Shown here: positions 36,401 to 45,139 of the stretch, piece by piece | Layout: each line of letters begins with the position of its first letter | Position numbering within the stretch: position 1 is the stretch's first letter | Source of the DNA: an uncultured Acidobacteriota bacterium | GTDB lineage: Bacteria; Acidobacteriota; Vicinamibacteria; Vicinamibacterales; 2-12-FULL-66-21 | Length of the DNA stretch: 64,000 bases | Assembly (NCBI GenBank): GCA_963839705.1 | Contig: CAWIWL010000021.1 | Location: 221,072 to 285,071 of the forward strand | Direction of reading: 5' to 3' | Program-made: the position numbers and the translations under genes | The notes under the pieces: model-generated | What the model was told of the DNA's origin: nothing | The model's database searches: none | What the model saw: the letters and a program-made list of their open reading frames with translations, nothing else

Positions 36401-36915
36401 GGACGTTGCCCGAGTTCGAGACGCATGGCAAGGCCATGCGGTGGGTGCTCGGTGGATGGCAAATCAATGCGAGCACCTTCCTGCGGTCTGGGGTGACGGT
36501 CGGCATGCCCGACAACGTCGATCTCATCGGCGACCCACGGCTCGAGAATCCCACGAAAGCCCGATGGTTCAACACCTGCACGCTCACGACCGCAGGCCTG
36601 CGCCAGGGGTGTGCGAGCGACAGCGAGCAGCCGGCGTTCAAGATCCGCCCGAACAATGCACTCGATACCACCGGGGCGCGACTCGAGGGTGTGTATTCTA
36701 GCGATCCGTTCATTCTCGACCTGTCGTTCTTCAAGACGTTCCGCTTCTCGCAGCGGATGAGTTTCCAGACCCGCGTGGAGATGTTCAACATTACCAATGC
36801 CGTGCAGTGGCCAGGTCCGAACACGACCGTAACCTCGACCGCATTCGGCACCGTCGCCGAGACGCAGTCAAACGATCCGCGCTTCGTGCAGATCGCGTTC
36901 CGGTTCCTCTGGTAA
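33493..36915 (+). CDS. TonB-dependent receptor with N-terminal carboxypeptidase-regulatory-like domain
   Basis: Signal peptide, GTITGTLKDAQGGVMPGVTATAVNLETNV...GVYLLSSLVNGRYRL (CarboxypepD_reg), a plug region, and the terminal aromatic motif FVQIAFRFLW. GTG start 5 nt after AGGAGGA. Confidence 0.85.
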   Translation: MEHCFAVAKRMSVVFLLFLGSAAAADAQGELGTITGTLKDAQGGVMPGVTATAVNLETNVKTTATTNEAGVYLLSSLVNGRYRLTCTLDGFAPVARDLEVRAGDRLRVDLTLTVGGITEETKVIAETPLLETATATRSQVIDQDTIEAIPLAGRNPYSAAYTIAGVTTQFTRPSISARPFDNGGMDVISINGGRSRSNELLLDGAPNTSREGTSQGSLAFVPSPDAVQEVRVSTNTYDAQFGRTGGGVIAVSIRSGTNTFRGTAYYNLRDAALNSNLYENTVRGIPKEDLFHYNPGFTVGGPVLLPKYDGRNRSFFFYAFEGLKSGIPVSAGERAPTDLERAGNFSQSGMTIYDPFNTVNGVPQPFPGNIIPANRIDPVAANLMQYMVSPNSDPDASGNNFFPRANSRFDTYTSGIIRVDHNFTDNHRFFARYGHNGRRETRAKAEREEVALTAGYHHRWNSVLSVDLSSTLSPSLLSSLRAGWTRHRRLDISGAEDMGGFDPTIMGFQGAFVSQVPARFYPIRLNDYTAAAIGQGGGQDGPSDDFYLQETLTKIMGRHQLKFGGEFRYGVSVVENPLAGGSFADLRFSRNFTSLRPSVNTLTAADGGNAFASYLLGYMASSSVTLSPNFDWRTAYGGAFVQDDWRLTSRLTLNLGLRWDYESPITEQGNQVNGGFDPNALALVCPACPASGLPQNLNGGLTFADGAFYSRDGNNVGPRAGLTYSITPKTILRGGYGLTYLDSSTDRGTSTGFTRSTPYVASLDSNRTPANRLSNPYPNGMLQPAGASQGTATALGTGISYDIHDRRIPQFHQWSVGVQQELFWRSVLEVAYVGSATRMIGVNRPINNLSADQIALGDAYLDALVPNPFIGLVPDGGARNTAATIQRRELLRPYPQFVGITERLVPIGTLDYQAIQLTWDKRMTNGIQFQVNYTGSRNVEAVSVLNQGEGLYREVSNTHRPHFVRFTGGWTLPEFETHGKAMRWVLGGWQINASTFLRSGVTVGMPDNVDLIGDPRLENPTKARWFNTCTLTTAGLRQGCASDSEQPAFKIRPNNALDTTGARLEGVYSSDPFILDLSFFKTFRFSQRMSFQTRVEMFNITNAVQWPGPNTTVTSTAFGTVAETQSNDPRFVQIAFRFLW

Positions 36916-36934
36916 GGGTTGCAAGCCCTCCGGT

Positions 36935-36973
36935 GGTCGGGGTCAGGTCCATCACTGTGATCTGATCCCGACC
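36935..36973 (+). terminator. GC-rich hairpin downstream of the TonB-dependent receptor gene
   Basis: GGTCGGGGTCAG (36935-36946) pairs with CTGATCCCGACC (36962-36973) with one mismatch. There is no clear U-tract. Confidence 0.35.
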
Positions 36974-37107
36974 GTGCGGCTCAGCGTCGGCCTTCAGTAG
37001 CTGTTGGATTACTCGCCGACTCCGGCGCTAGACAACCGGTGATCACGGTGCAACAAAAACCGTGTAATCATCACGTGAGCATCTCGCGTCAAAACTGGTG
37101 AGCCGAC

Positions 37108-37695
37108 ATGTCCATCTTGAAGAAAACGTTCGCCACGGCTCTGGCTTGCGCCGGTGCTGGCATCGTTGTCGCCACGGCTGCCGCAACCAGTACGGCCGGC
37201 TCGGCGGAGCGGAATGCCCCGCAGGCGAATCGCGACGAGATACTCGCGGCACAAATGAAAGACGAGAAAGGCGGCGCGGCGGACGCCGGGCGTCCGCTCT
37301 TCGAGGAGCGCTGCGCAGCCTGCCACCGCTTCGGCGGTATCGGCAGGGACGTCGGACCCGATCTGACAACGATCACGAGTCGCTTCAAGAAGAGTGACGT
37401 CCTCGAGGCGATCCTCTGGCCGTCCAAGGTCATTTCGGATCAGTACCAAGCGGAGATGTTCGAGCTGAGCGACGGCAAGATCGTGAGCGGCCTCATCGTC
37501 CGCGAGAGCGCGGCGGCGATCTTCGTCCGTACGGCCGATACGCCGGACAAGCCAGTCGCAGTGCCCAAGGCCCAGATCAAGAGCCGTGCGCAGTCGACGG
37601 TGTCGATGATGCCCGAAGGACTGGTCGACACGCTGACGCCGAAGCAGATCGCCGATATGCTGGCGTTCACGATGGCGCCGCCGCCGGACAAGTGA
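37108..37695 (+). CDS. c-type cytochrome domain protein (PVC-type putative heme-binding domain), exported
   Basis: Signal peptide, then the CAACHRFGG heme box followed by GPDLTTI and a distal MMPEGL methionine region. Confidence 0.75.
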   Translation: MSILKKTFATALACAGAGIVVATAAATSTAGSAERNAPQANRDEILAAQMKDEKGGAADAGRPLFEERCAACHRFGGIGRDVGPDLTTITSRFKKSDVLEAILWPSKVISDQYQAEMFELSDGKIVSGLIVRESAAAIFVRTADTPDKPVAVPKAQIKSRAQSTVSMMPEGLVDTLTPKQIADMLAFTMAPPPDK

Positions 37696-37696
37696 C

Positions 37697-38998
37697 GTGC
37701 CGCTGCGGCGTGTAGCGACACTCGTCCTTGTCATCACGATCGCGGCCGTGCAGGCCGCGCGGGCGCAGAGCCGCCCGATCTATCTCCAGTTCGAGCCCTT
37801 CACGGTCAAGGGCGCGCTCTACCGGCCGGATTCCGGCGACCAGCCGACGATCGGTGTGCTGCTGATCCATCGGGTCAACAACTACCTCGGCCACGGCGCC
37901 GCCAGCGAGCTGGCACGGCGCGGCTTTCTCGTGCTGGCCATGAACTCGCGCTTCGACAACAACGAGGCGGCGGTTCTCTGGGAGCAGATCGCCCTCGACG
38001 TGAAGACCGGCGTCGAGTTCCTGAAGCGCCAGGGTGTGCGCACGGTCGTGCTGTTTGGCCACAGCGGCGGCGCCGCCACGCTGAGCTTCTACCAGGCAGT
38101 CGCCGAGAAGGGCACCGCGTTCTGCGATGCGCCGGGGAAGCTGACTTCCTGCGGGAAGGAGCTGAGCAACCTGCCGCGAGCCGACGCGCTGATTCTCGTC
38201 GACGCGTCGATCGGCAATCCCGCCGGCTTGCTGCGCGGCCTCAACCCCGCGGTGGTCACCGAAGGCGATCCCAAGGCGATCAACCCCGCGCTCGACCCGT
38301 TCAACCCCGCCAACGGGTTCAACCCGGCCGGCTCGACGTATTCGGCTGAGTTCAAACAGAAGTACTACGAGGCGCAGGCCGCACGGATGAACCGCCTCAT
38401 CGCCGCGGCCAGCGCGCAGGCCATTCAGCTCGGGAGCGATCGCGGTCCATTCCCTGACAATAACGCCTTTCTGATCGTCCGCGCCCAGGGGGCTCGGCTC
38501 GTCGACGCCGAGACCACGGCCGAAACGGCGACCGCGAAGCCCCGCAAGCTTCTGCGGAACAACGGCACGACCGTCACCCAGATCGTGCGGAGCGTTCGGC
38601 CGTCGACACGGCCGAACCCCGCTCAGAACGCAACCTTCGATGGCGGCGCGAGGCTGCTGACGCTGAAGTCCTTCCTGACCGCCAACGCGATCCGGTCCAC
38701 CAATTCGATGACCGGCGTCGACTGGTGCTCGAGCAACAACTCGACGCCGTGCGCGCTCGGGCAGATTACCGTCCCGTTGCTCGTGTCGGCGATGGGAGGC
38801 AACACCGGCCTTCGCGACAACGAGTGGCTCTACGAGACGGCCGTGAGCCGCGACAAGGACTTCTTCGTTCTCGAGGGCGCCACCCACAACATCGACCCCT
38901 GCGTCGAATGCGAGACGCGCAAGGGCGAGTATGGCAACAGCGTCCGGAACTTCTTCAACTACGTGCGCGACTGGATGAACGTCCGGTTTTCGCGCTAG
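37697..38998 (+). CDS. alpha/beta-hydrolase-fold protein, exported
   Basis: Signal MPLRRVATLVLVITIAAVQAARAQ. Nucleophile elbow VVLFGHSGGAAT. The GTG start lies 1 nt after the cytochrome stop. Confidence 0.65.
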   Translation: MPLRRVATLVLVITIAAVQAARAQSRPIYLQFEPFTVKGALYRPDSGDQPTIGVLLIHRVNNYLGHGAASELARRGFLVLAMNSRFDNNEAAVLWEQIALDVKTGVEFLKRQGVRTVVLFGHSGGAATLSFYQAVAEKGTAFCDAPGKLTSCGKELSNLPRADALILVDASIGNPAGLLRGLNPAVVTEGDPKAINPALDPFNPANGFNPAGSTYSAEFKQKYYEAQAARMNRLIAAASAQAIQLGSDRGPFPDNNAFLIVRAQGARLVDAETTAETATAKPRKLLRNNGTTVTQIVRSVRPSTRPNPAQNATFDGGARLLTLKSFLTANAIRSTNSMTGVDWCSSNNSTPCALGQITVPLLVSAMGGNTGLRDNEWLYETAVSRDKDFFVLEGATHNIDPCVECETRKGEYGNSVRNFFNYVRDWMNVRFSR

Positions 38999-39280
38999 TG
39001 TCCCGGAACAGTAATTCGTTGCATAAATCCCGGAGCGCGGCGCCCGGATGGCAAGGCGCGACGACCGAGAATATTGGGCATATTTGAGGGAGTCTCTGTG
39101 TCACCGTTGGTGACCTCCAACACCATGAAAATGGGCCTGTTCTGGACGCTTAGCGGACGGCGGCTGCTAGCCCGAGCGTCGAGGTCAGCAAGGGCGAGCA
39201 GCCAGCTGCGAGCAGCGAGTGCGGTTCGTCGACGAGGCGCTCGGCGAAGGCCGGCCTGAATGAGACCACATTGTGTTAGG

Positions 39281-39294
39281 ATTGTAGTTACAAT
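39281..39294 (+). promoter_or_regulatory. palindromic operator / -10 region of the Phd-VapC operon
   Basis: ATTGTA-GT-TACAAT palindrome 16 nt upstream of the antitoxin ATG. TACAAT doubles as a -10 hexamer. Confidence 0.45.
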
Positions 39295-39309
39295 ACACGG
39301 AGGGCTGAG

Positions 39310-39579
39310 ATGCAGGCCGTTGGCGTTCGCGAACTGAAAGCAAACTTGAGCGCCTACCTGCGACGCGTGCAGGCCGGTCAGCGTGTGACGGTCACGGATC
39401 GCGGCCGTGCGATCGCCGAGCTCGTGCCGGCTGAACCCGCGCCCGCGCTCGAGTGGGCTCATGCAATGGTGGCGAAAGGGCACGCCAAGTGGATCGGCGG
39501 CAAGCCGGCCGGATTGAAAAGCAGAGTTCGCTCTCGGGGAACGCTGACGTCTCGGATGGTCATCCAAGATCGGCGATGA
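39310..39579 (+). CDS. Phd/YefM-family antitoxin
   Basis: MQAVGVRELKANLSAYLRRVQAGQRVTVTDRGRAIAELVP is the typical prevent-host-death N-terminal domain. The stop overlaps the toxin start (ATGA). Confidence 0.8.
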   Translation: MQAVGVRELKANLSAYLRRVQAGQRVTVTDRGRAIAELVPAEPAPALEWAHAMVAKGHAKWIGGKPAGLKSRVRSRGTLTSRMVIQDRR

Positions 39580-39989
39580 CGTTGTACCTCGACACCAGCA
39601 GCCTGGTGAAGCTCTACGTGGATGAGCCCGACGCCGATGACGTGCAGCGGGTCGTCGGCGAAGCCGATGTGGTGGCGACCTCGGTCCTTGCATATGCCGA
39701 GGCCCGCGCCGCGTTTGCGCGCCGGCGGCGGGAGAAGCTGATGACCCCAGCTGAGAGCCGGGCGGCGCTCCGACAGCTCGATGCGGACTGGCCCCGGTTC
39801 ATCGTGATCCTGCTTGGCGACGAGCTCGGCCAGGCCGCGGGACGGCTGGCTGACGTTCACGGCATCCGTGGCTGCGACGCCGTGCATCTCGCGGCGTTCG
39901 AGAACCTCCTGACGCAATGCGATGACGACGACGTTCGGTTCTCGTGTGCCGACGATCGTCTATCTCGCGCGGCGCGCGCGCTCGGGTAG
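39576..39989 (+). CDS. vapC: PIN-domain toxin (VapC)
   Basis: MTLYLDTSSLVKLY (first acidic residue), ...SVLAYAEA..., ...GIRGCDAVHLAA... These are the conserved PIN acidic positions. Confidence 0.75.
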   Translation: MTLYLDTSSLVKLYVDEPDADDVQRVVGEADVVATSVLAYAEARAAFARRRREKLMTPAESRAALRQLDADWPRFIVILLGDELGQAAGRLADVHGIRGCDAVHLAAFENLLTQCDDDDVRFSCADDRLSRAARALG

Positions 39990-40081
39990 AACGTGCCCTT
40001 CGTTTCTTCACCGCAGCCCATCCGAAAAGACTGACCCGGCGGGTACAGTCGATGCACGCCCGCGAAACTGGAGGTGTCCGT

Positions 40082-40588
40082 ATGGAGTTGACTGCTCTGT
40101 TTGTGTCGGAGCTCGACCGTGAGGTCGGGCGCAGCCGCCGGGCGCTCGAACAGGTGCCGGAAGGGAAGCACGACTGGAAGCCGCATGAGAAGTCCATGAT
40201 CTTCGGCTACCTGACCGACATGGTGGCCACGATCCCGACCTGGATCACCATGATCGTCAAACAGGACGAGCTCGACATCGCGCCTAAAGGCGGCCCGCAG
40301 CAGCCGCGCGGCGCCAGGAACACGAGCACTGAGTATCTGCAGGCGCTCGATAAGGCTGCCGCCGACGCGCGCGCGGCCCTCGAGGGGACCGATGAGGCGC
40401 ACCTGCAGACGCCATGGCGGCTGCTCGCCGGAGGACAGGTCGTCATGGAGCTGCCGCGTCACGAGATGATCCGCGACACGATCAACCACTGGGCACATCA
40501 TCGCGGCCAGATGACCGTCTATCTGCGTCTCATGGGAGCGACCGTGCCCGCGCTTTACGGGCCGTCAGCCGATGACAAGCGCTTCTAA
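40082..40588 (+). CDS. DinB-family protein
   Basis: GGAGGTG SD. Four-helix DinB pattern ending in INHWAHHRGQMTVYLRLMG. Confidence 0.7.
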   Translation: MELTALFVSELDREVGRSRRALEQVPEGKHDWKPHEKSMIFGYLTDMVATIPTWITMIVKQDELDIAPKGGPQQPRGARNTSTEYLQALDKAAADARAALEGTDEAHLQTPWRLLAGGQVVMELPRHEMIRDTINHWAHHRGQMTVYLRLMGATVPALYGPSADDKRF

Positions 40589-40697
40589 ATGAGGGTCTGG
40601 ACGTGGGTCGAGACGAAGCCGGCACTCGTGCACAAAAGACGAGCGGGCACGCGCAACTCCAGTACAATCGCCTTGGGAAGCTAATCCCGTTCCACTT

Positions 40698-40844
40698 ATG
40701 CTGATCTTCATCGGCGCTCTGATCACACTGACTATCGCGCTGGTCATTCACAAGGTGCGCGTGTCGAATCGTGCCGATGCGGCAAACCTGGGCGAAGTGA
40801 GCGAGCAGTGGCTCGCCGAGCACCGGGCGTCACACCCCTTGTAG
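40698..40844 (+). CDS. 48-aa single-pass membrane peptide, hypothetical
   Basis: It is below the ORF-track cutoff. The product is MLIFIGALITLTIALVIHKVRVSNRADAANLGEVSEQWLAEHRASHPL, with TAG at 40842-40844. Confidence 0.25.
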   Translation: MLIFIGALITLTIALVIHKVRVSNRADAANLGEVSEQWLAEHRASHPL

Positions 40845-41023
40845 CAATCGGCACGACCTTCAGCCGGTCACTCCGCCCTGAGGCTGCACCGCTGCAGCTT
40901 CGACGGAATGCGGCGCGCCATTTCGCTCCACATGGCGACGTGCTGCGAGAGCAGCGCCTCGATCTCGGACCGGCCCAGCTCCCACCCTTGCCAGCAGAGC
41001 CCGTCCAGTGTGGCAGCTGGCTC

Positions 41024-41143
41024 GCGCGTGAAGTTGCGCGCGTGCTCCACGAGACGAAGGGAAACAAGTCACGGGCGGCGGTGCGCCTTGGGCTCACGCG
41101 AAAGCAGCTCTACGGGCGCATGGCGCAGTACCGGCTCGACTGA
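41024..41143 (+). pseudogene. orphan Fis-type HTH_8 fragment (C-terminal stump of a sigma54-activator/NtrC-family gene)
   Basis: AREVARVLHETKGNKSRAAVRLGLTRKQLYGRMAQYRLD matches the GN.S.AA..LG..R..LY.K...Y pattern. No AAA+ domain lies upstream. Confidence 0.4.
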
Positions 41144-41569
41144 CTCTGCGATCGGCGATTCGTTGGCGATCGCCTCTTCCTTCGCGACGACGTCGAGCCG
41201 CTCCGACTTGATGTCCACGCGCAGTCGTCCGAATAGGCTCAGGTAGACGTTGGCCATTGCCGCGACCGCGAAGAAGCTGATGAGGTAACCGCGCCAGTCG
41301 TCGAGCAGGAGCCGATACCCAGTGACCGCCAGGAAGAAGATAGTGACGTAGTGGCTGAAGCAGTACTCGCAGGTGAAGACGTAGAAGAACTTGCGCGGTA
41401 TGAGGCGTCGGCAGCTCTTGCTCCGCGTGGCGCAGAATTCGCGCGCCTCGCGGAAGATCTCCTCGTGTGTGACAGTCCAGGAGACCGTCGCCACCGGTAG
41501 GGCAAGCACGAACAGCCACACGACTTGCTGCCAGAGCTCGGCGGCCTCGGGTGCCCTGAAGGTAGACAC
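41069..41569 (-). CDS. integral membrane protein, hypothetical (DUF1360-like impression)
   Basis: Hydrophobic helices (VVWLFVLALPVATVSW, YVTIFFLAVTGY, LISFFAVAAMANVYL) and a CEYCFSHY motif. The 3' end overlaps the HTH fragment on the other strand. Confidence 0.5.
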   Translation of the reverse strand: MSTFRAPEAAELWQQVVWLFVLALPVATVSWTVTHEEIFREAREFCATRSKSCRRLIPRKFFYVFTCEYCFSHYVTIFFLAVTGYRLLLDDWRGYLISFFAVAAMANVYLSLFGRLRVDIKSERLDVVAKEEAIANESPIAESVEPVLRHAPVELLSREPKAHRRP

Positions 41570-41653
41570 GGCCGTTTAGAAAGCACAATTCGCGCCAGGC
41601 AACTGACCCGCTGGTGGTAAGCACGTCAGCAAGTAGTGCGGGCCGTTCAACCG

Positions 41654-43951
41654 TCAGGGCGATTGGCGCGAAGTCGTGCCTGTCGGCGCGTCGACGCCGA
41701 GCAGGCCAGAGCCGCCTTCGTCACTGAAGATCTGCGCCGCGCGCTGATGTCGCGCGCGTGCGAGGGTCATGGCATCTGCGAAGGAGGGGTCCGATCGAAT
41801 CGGATCCAACCAGGAGTCTGCTTCGAATTGTTCCACGGAGAAGTATCCCTGCTCGATCGCCGCGCGGAATCCCAGCAGGCTGAGCTCTGAAAATCCCATC
41901 CGCGTGTAGAGCCGCGCCATCCACAAGTTGTCCTCTCCGTCAGGAAAGCGCGGCCATACCTGCAGATTCTGCGGATCGACACCGGCGGCGACGTGCAACC
42001 GAGCGATGGCTTCATCGGTCCGGTCTTCGAGGTAGGCGCGAAGAAACTGGCGCATGGGCGTGATGTTGTTGTGTCCCGAGATCGGCAGCCTCGCCTCACG
42101 GGCAAGCTCGAGGGCCTCGGCGCGCCGGTTCATCGCCGTGAGCACGACGATGCGGAGGTCGACGTTGTCTTCGCCGGACGCCACCTGCAGCGCTTCGTCG
42201 AGCTCGTACCGGGCCATCCTGGTCAACCCGATGGACGTCTTGATGGTGGGATCGAGCGCGACGGCTGACTCATGCGCGGCGACGCTCGCGTCGAGCAGTC
42301 CGCAGAACCGGCACACGAGCACCAGGCCGGCGTAGATTTCGGGCTCGGTCTGCCGCACGTGCAGGCGCCGCAGCAGCCGGCAGAGCGCCTCCTCGGTACG
42401 GCCCGAGTCCGCCTCGAGCTGTGCGTAGTGATAGTGCGCCTGCGGAAGCGCTGGGCTCAGCTCGAGCGCACGGCGGAGCGCGCGCTCCGCGATCTCGTAC
42501 CCCTGCACGACGTTGGCACCATCGACCTGATACTTCGCGAGCACGCGTTCGAGCCGGCCGAGTCCTGCCCACGAGGGGGCGAAGCGATCGTCGGCCTCCG
42601 TGCTCTCCTTGTACAGCGATCGCGCAGCCGTCCAGGTGTGCGGCTGGCGCGCGAGCTGGTTGGCCTGGAGATACAGACGATAGGCAACCTCGCTGCGCGG
42701 AATTTCCGCGCTGTCGCGCGCCGGCGTCTTGACGAAGGGCAGCGACGACATCATGGTGCACGCGATGTCGTCCTGCAAGTCGAACAAATCGTCGAGCACA
42801 CCGTCGGTCTGCTGCGCCCACTTGGCGTGGCCGGTGCCGACGTCGACGAGCTGAGCCGACACACGAACGCGGGCGCCCGATCGCAGCACGGTGCCGGTGA
42901 GGACGAAGTCCGCATCCAACTCGCTCCCGGCTCGCCGCACGTCGTTATCGTCTGCCACCGCCGCGGGCAGTGCCAGCGCCGAACGCACGACGATGTCGTC
43001 GTGGCCGGCGAGCGACGTGCCCAGGGCGTCGGCAAGACCCAGGCGAAGAAAGTCGATCTCTGGATCCGGCCGGAGCAGGCGGAAGGGCAGCACAGCGATC
43101 CGCTTGAGGCGCTTGATCCGTACCGGGAGCGCGTCCTGAGGCAGATCGGCGACGCGCCGCAGCTCGACGGCCATCGCGGCCGCGGATGCGAACCGATCGG
43201 CCGGATCCTTGGCCATGGCACGCTGAACGACCCGGTCGATGGCGACGAGCGCCGCCGAACCGCTCAGGGCCGGAGGATGTTCGGTCAGCACCGCCTGCAG
43301 CACATCGACGAACGTGGCGCCTCGGAACGGTCGCTCGCCTGTCACGAGCTCGTAGAGGAGGACCCCCGCGGCAAAGATGTCGGTTCTCGCGTCGACGGGC
43401 TCACTCCGAATCTGTTCAGGCGCCATATAGGCCGGCGTGCCCGCCAGCATTCCAGCGCTGCTGGAGGTTGATGTGAGATCGGTCACCGACTGCGCGCGAG
43501 CGAGCCCGAAATCGAGCAGCTTCATGCCCCGGCCGGTAATGAAGATGTTCGCCGGCTTGATGTCGAGGTGGACGAGCCCTTCGCGATGAAGTGCGTCCAG
43601 CGCGTCGAGGGCCGGAACGAGAATCGCGCAGGCGTTGAACGGACCCTGTGCGCCTTTGGCGAGTCGCGAGGCGACCGTCTCGCCATCGAGGAGCTCCATC
43701 ACGAGAAACGGCGTGCCGTCGTGCTCACCGACTTCGTAGATCGTGCACACACTGGGGTGGGTAATTCGCGCCGCCGCGCGCGCCTCGCGTAGAAGGGCTG
43801 TGGATCGCGCGGACGCATCCGCCCGGAGAAGCTTGATCGCCACGTCGCGCTGCAGGGCGTCATCGTAGCCGGCGTACACGACTCCCATGCCGCCCTCGCC
43901 GAGGTGGCGGGTGATCCGGAAGCGGCCGATGGAGGTAGGATCCTGAGCCAA
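41654..43951 (-). CDS. Ser/Thr protein kinase with TolB-N-like and TPR C-terminal regions
   Basis: GEGGMGVVYAG, VAIKLL, HLDIKPANIF, DFGLAR and GTPAYMAPE kinase subdomains. These are followed by IAVLPFR...DADFVLTGTV and TPR-like helices. Confidence 0.85.
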   Translation of the reverse strand: MAQDPTSIGRFRITRHLGEGGMGVVYAGYDDALQRDVAIKLLRADASARSTALLREARAAARITHPSVCTIYEVGEHDGTPFLVMELLDGETVASRLAKGAQGPFNACAILVPALDALDALHREGLVHLDIKPANIFITGRGMKLLDFGLARAQSVTDLTSTSSSAGMLAGTPAYMAPEQIRSEPVDARTDIFAAGVLLYELVTGERPFRGATFVDVLQAVLTEHPPALSGSAALVAIDRVVQRAMAKDPADRFASAAAMAVELRRVADLPQDALPVRIKRLKRIAVLPFRLLRPDPEIDFLRLGLADALGTSLAGHDDIVVRSALALPAAVADDNDVRRAGSELDADFVLTGTVLRSGARVRVSAQLVDVGTGHAKWAQQTDGVLDDLFDLQDDIACTMMSSLPFVKTPARDSAEIPRSEVAYRLYLQANQLARQPHTWTAARSLYKESTEADDRFAPSWAGLGRLERVLAKYQVDGANVVQGYEIAERALRRALELSPALPQAHYHYAQLEADSGRTEEALCRLLRRLHVRQTEPEIYAGLVLVCRFCGLLDASVAAHESAVALDPTIKTSIGLTRMARYELDEALQVASGEDNVDLRIVVLTAMNRRAEALELAREARLPISGHNNITPMRQFLRAYLEDRTDEAIARLHVAAGVDPQNLQVWPRFPDGEDNLWMARLYTRMGFSELSLLGFRAAIEQGYFSVEQFEADSWLDPIRSDPSFADAMTLARARHQRAAQIFSDEGGSGLLGVDAPTGTTSRQSP

Positions 43952-44026
43952 ATAGAGTCCGAGGCCATTGTAACTGGGGCTTACTGCTTCCCGCTTTCAG
44001 CTTCCAGTCGAACCTCAGCCTGAGAG

Positions 44027-45034
44027 GTGATCATGCGCAGCGTGGCGGGAATACCGGTGCGAGGCCCGGTGCGGACATGCCGCCACGAGCACGCCGAAAG
44101 GGATCGAGAGCTAGGTGACTGGCAGGCGCCTCGCGGAGTCACGATTGTCACATTTCGTCCCGATGGACAGGTGAGCGAGGGGCAATCGCACAATCACGAT
44201 GGTTCCGTCTCGCGATGGGTCCACTCCTACGATCACGAGGGACGTCTTGTCGAAGTGCAGTCATGGATGAATGACGGCCCGCGAAGTCGCGTGCTCCACA
44301 CCTACGATTCGATGGGGCGGCCCACCGTCAATACGCACGTCGCGCCGGACGGGACTCAACGGGAAGGCGAGACCTACAGCTACGACAGCGCCGGCCGGAA
44401 GACGCTGACGTTCTTCCTTCCAGATCTGCAGACTCTCGGACAGAAGGGGCATGTCGCTGTGCGCATCGGGCTCGGCGACGACGATGTCGACGAGGGGATC
44501 TTCTACGACGCGAACCATCGGCTCATGCGCAGAATAACGCGCTCGAGAGACCAGGATGGCCGCGTGCTCCGCGAGGTCGTGGTTCTCGGTGGGGACACGC
44601 CGTTCGGCGATTTCCAGGGCGAACTCGGCAAGGTTCCAATCGAGGAACGCGCGAAGATCACCGCGCTCGTGGAGCAGCTCTTCGTCGACCGGACGTTTGC
44701 GTCCGTCGATTACACCTATGACGCGACACGCCGCATGGTGGAGCAGACGACGCGCATGGGCAGCCTCGGGAAGGATCGCCGGACCCTTCGCTACGGCGAT
44801 CGCGACGATCCGATCGAGGAGATCACAGAACACCACAGCCGAAGCGCGAACCTTGACGAAGAAGGAGTGGTGCACACCACCGAGGACGCGCCGCAGGAAC
44901 AACGCACGCGCTTCGAGTACGAATACGACGACCACGGCAATTGGACCGAGCAAATCACGTGGAGTCGGGCCGATCCGGGAACTGACTTTCAGCCCGTCGT
45001 CAGAACGCGGCGGACGATCACGTACTACGGATGA
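44027..45034 (+). CDS. YD/RHS-repeat-like protein without signal peptide
   Basis: Repeated Y.YD..GR motifs (HSYDHEGRLV, HTYDSMGRPT, YSYDSAGRKT, YTYDATRRMV, YEYDDHGNWT). ATG 44033 after GAGAGG is an alternative start. Confidence 0.5.
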   Translation: MIMRSVAGIPVRGPVRTCRHEHAERDRELGDWQAPRGVTIVTFRPDGQVSEGQSHNHDGSVSRWVHSYDHEGRLVEVQSWMNDGPRSRVLHTYDSMGRPTVNTHVAPDGTQREGETYSYDSAGRKTLTFFLPDLQTLGQKGHVAVRIGLGDDDVDEGIFYDANHRLMRRITRSRDQDGRVLREVVVLGGDTPFGDFQGELGKVPIEERAKITALVEQLFVDRTFASVDYTYDATRRMVEQTTRMGSLGKDRRTLRYGDRDDPIEEITEHHSRSANLDEEGVVHTTEDAPQEQRTRFEYEYDDHGNWTEQITWSRADPGTDFQPVVRTRRTITYYG

Positions 45035-45093
45035 GCCGCCCGCGTGACTTCGCGGCCTGCTCCGGCGGCACCTGGCGAGCGAACCGGCTCCTC

Positions 45094-45134
45094 TTGACAA
45101 ACTAGATAAGAGGCGTATGCTGTCATCTAGTTTG
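45094..45134 (+). promoter_or_regulatory. promoter with inverted-repeat operator upstream of the PadR gene
   Basis: TTGACA (45094-45099), a 16-nt spacer, then TATGCT (45116-45121). The inverted repeat CAAACTAGAT (45098-45107) / ATCTAGTTTG (45125-45134) brackets the -10. Confidence 0.55.
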
Positions 45135-45139
45135 GCTAG

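Noticed and set aside
39074-39259. The 61-aa ORF upstream of the Phd/VapC pair
   Set aside because: It is an Arg/Ala/Ser-rich low-complexity product with no SD. The region is better explained as the TA promoter/leader spacer with small palindromes.
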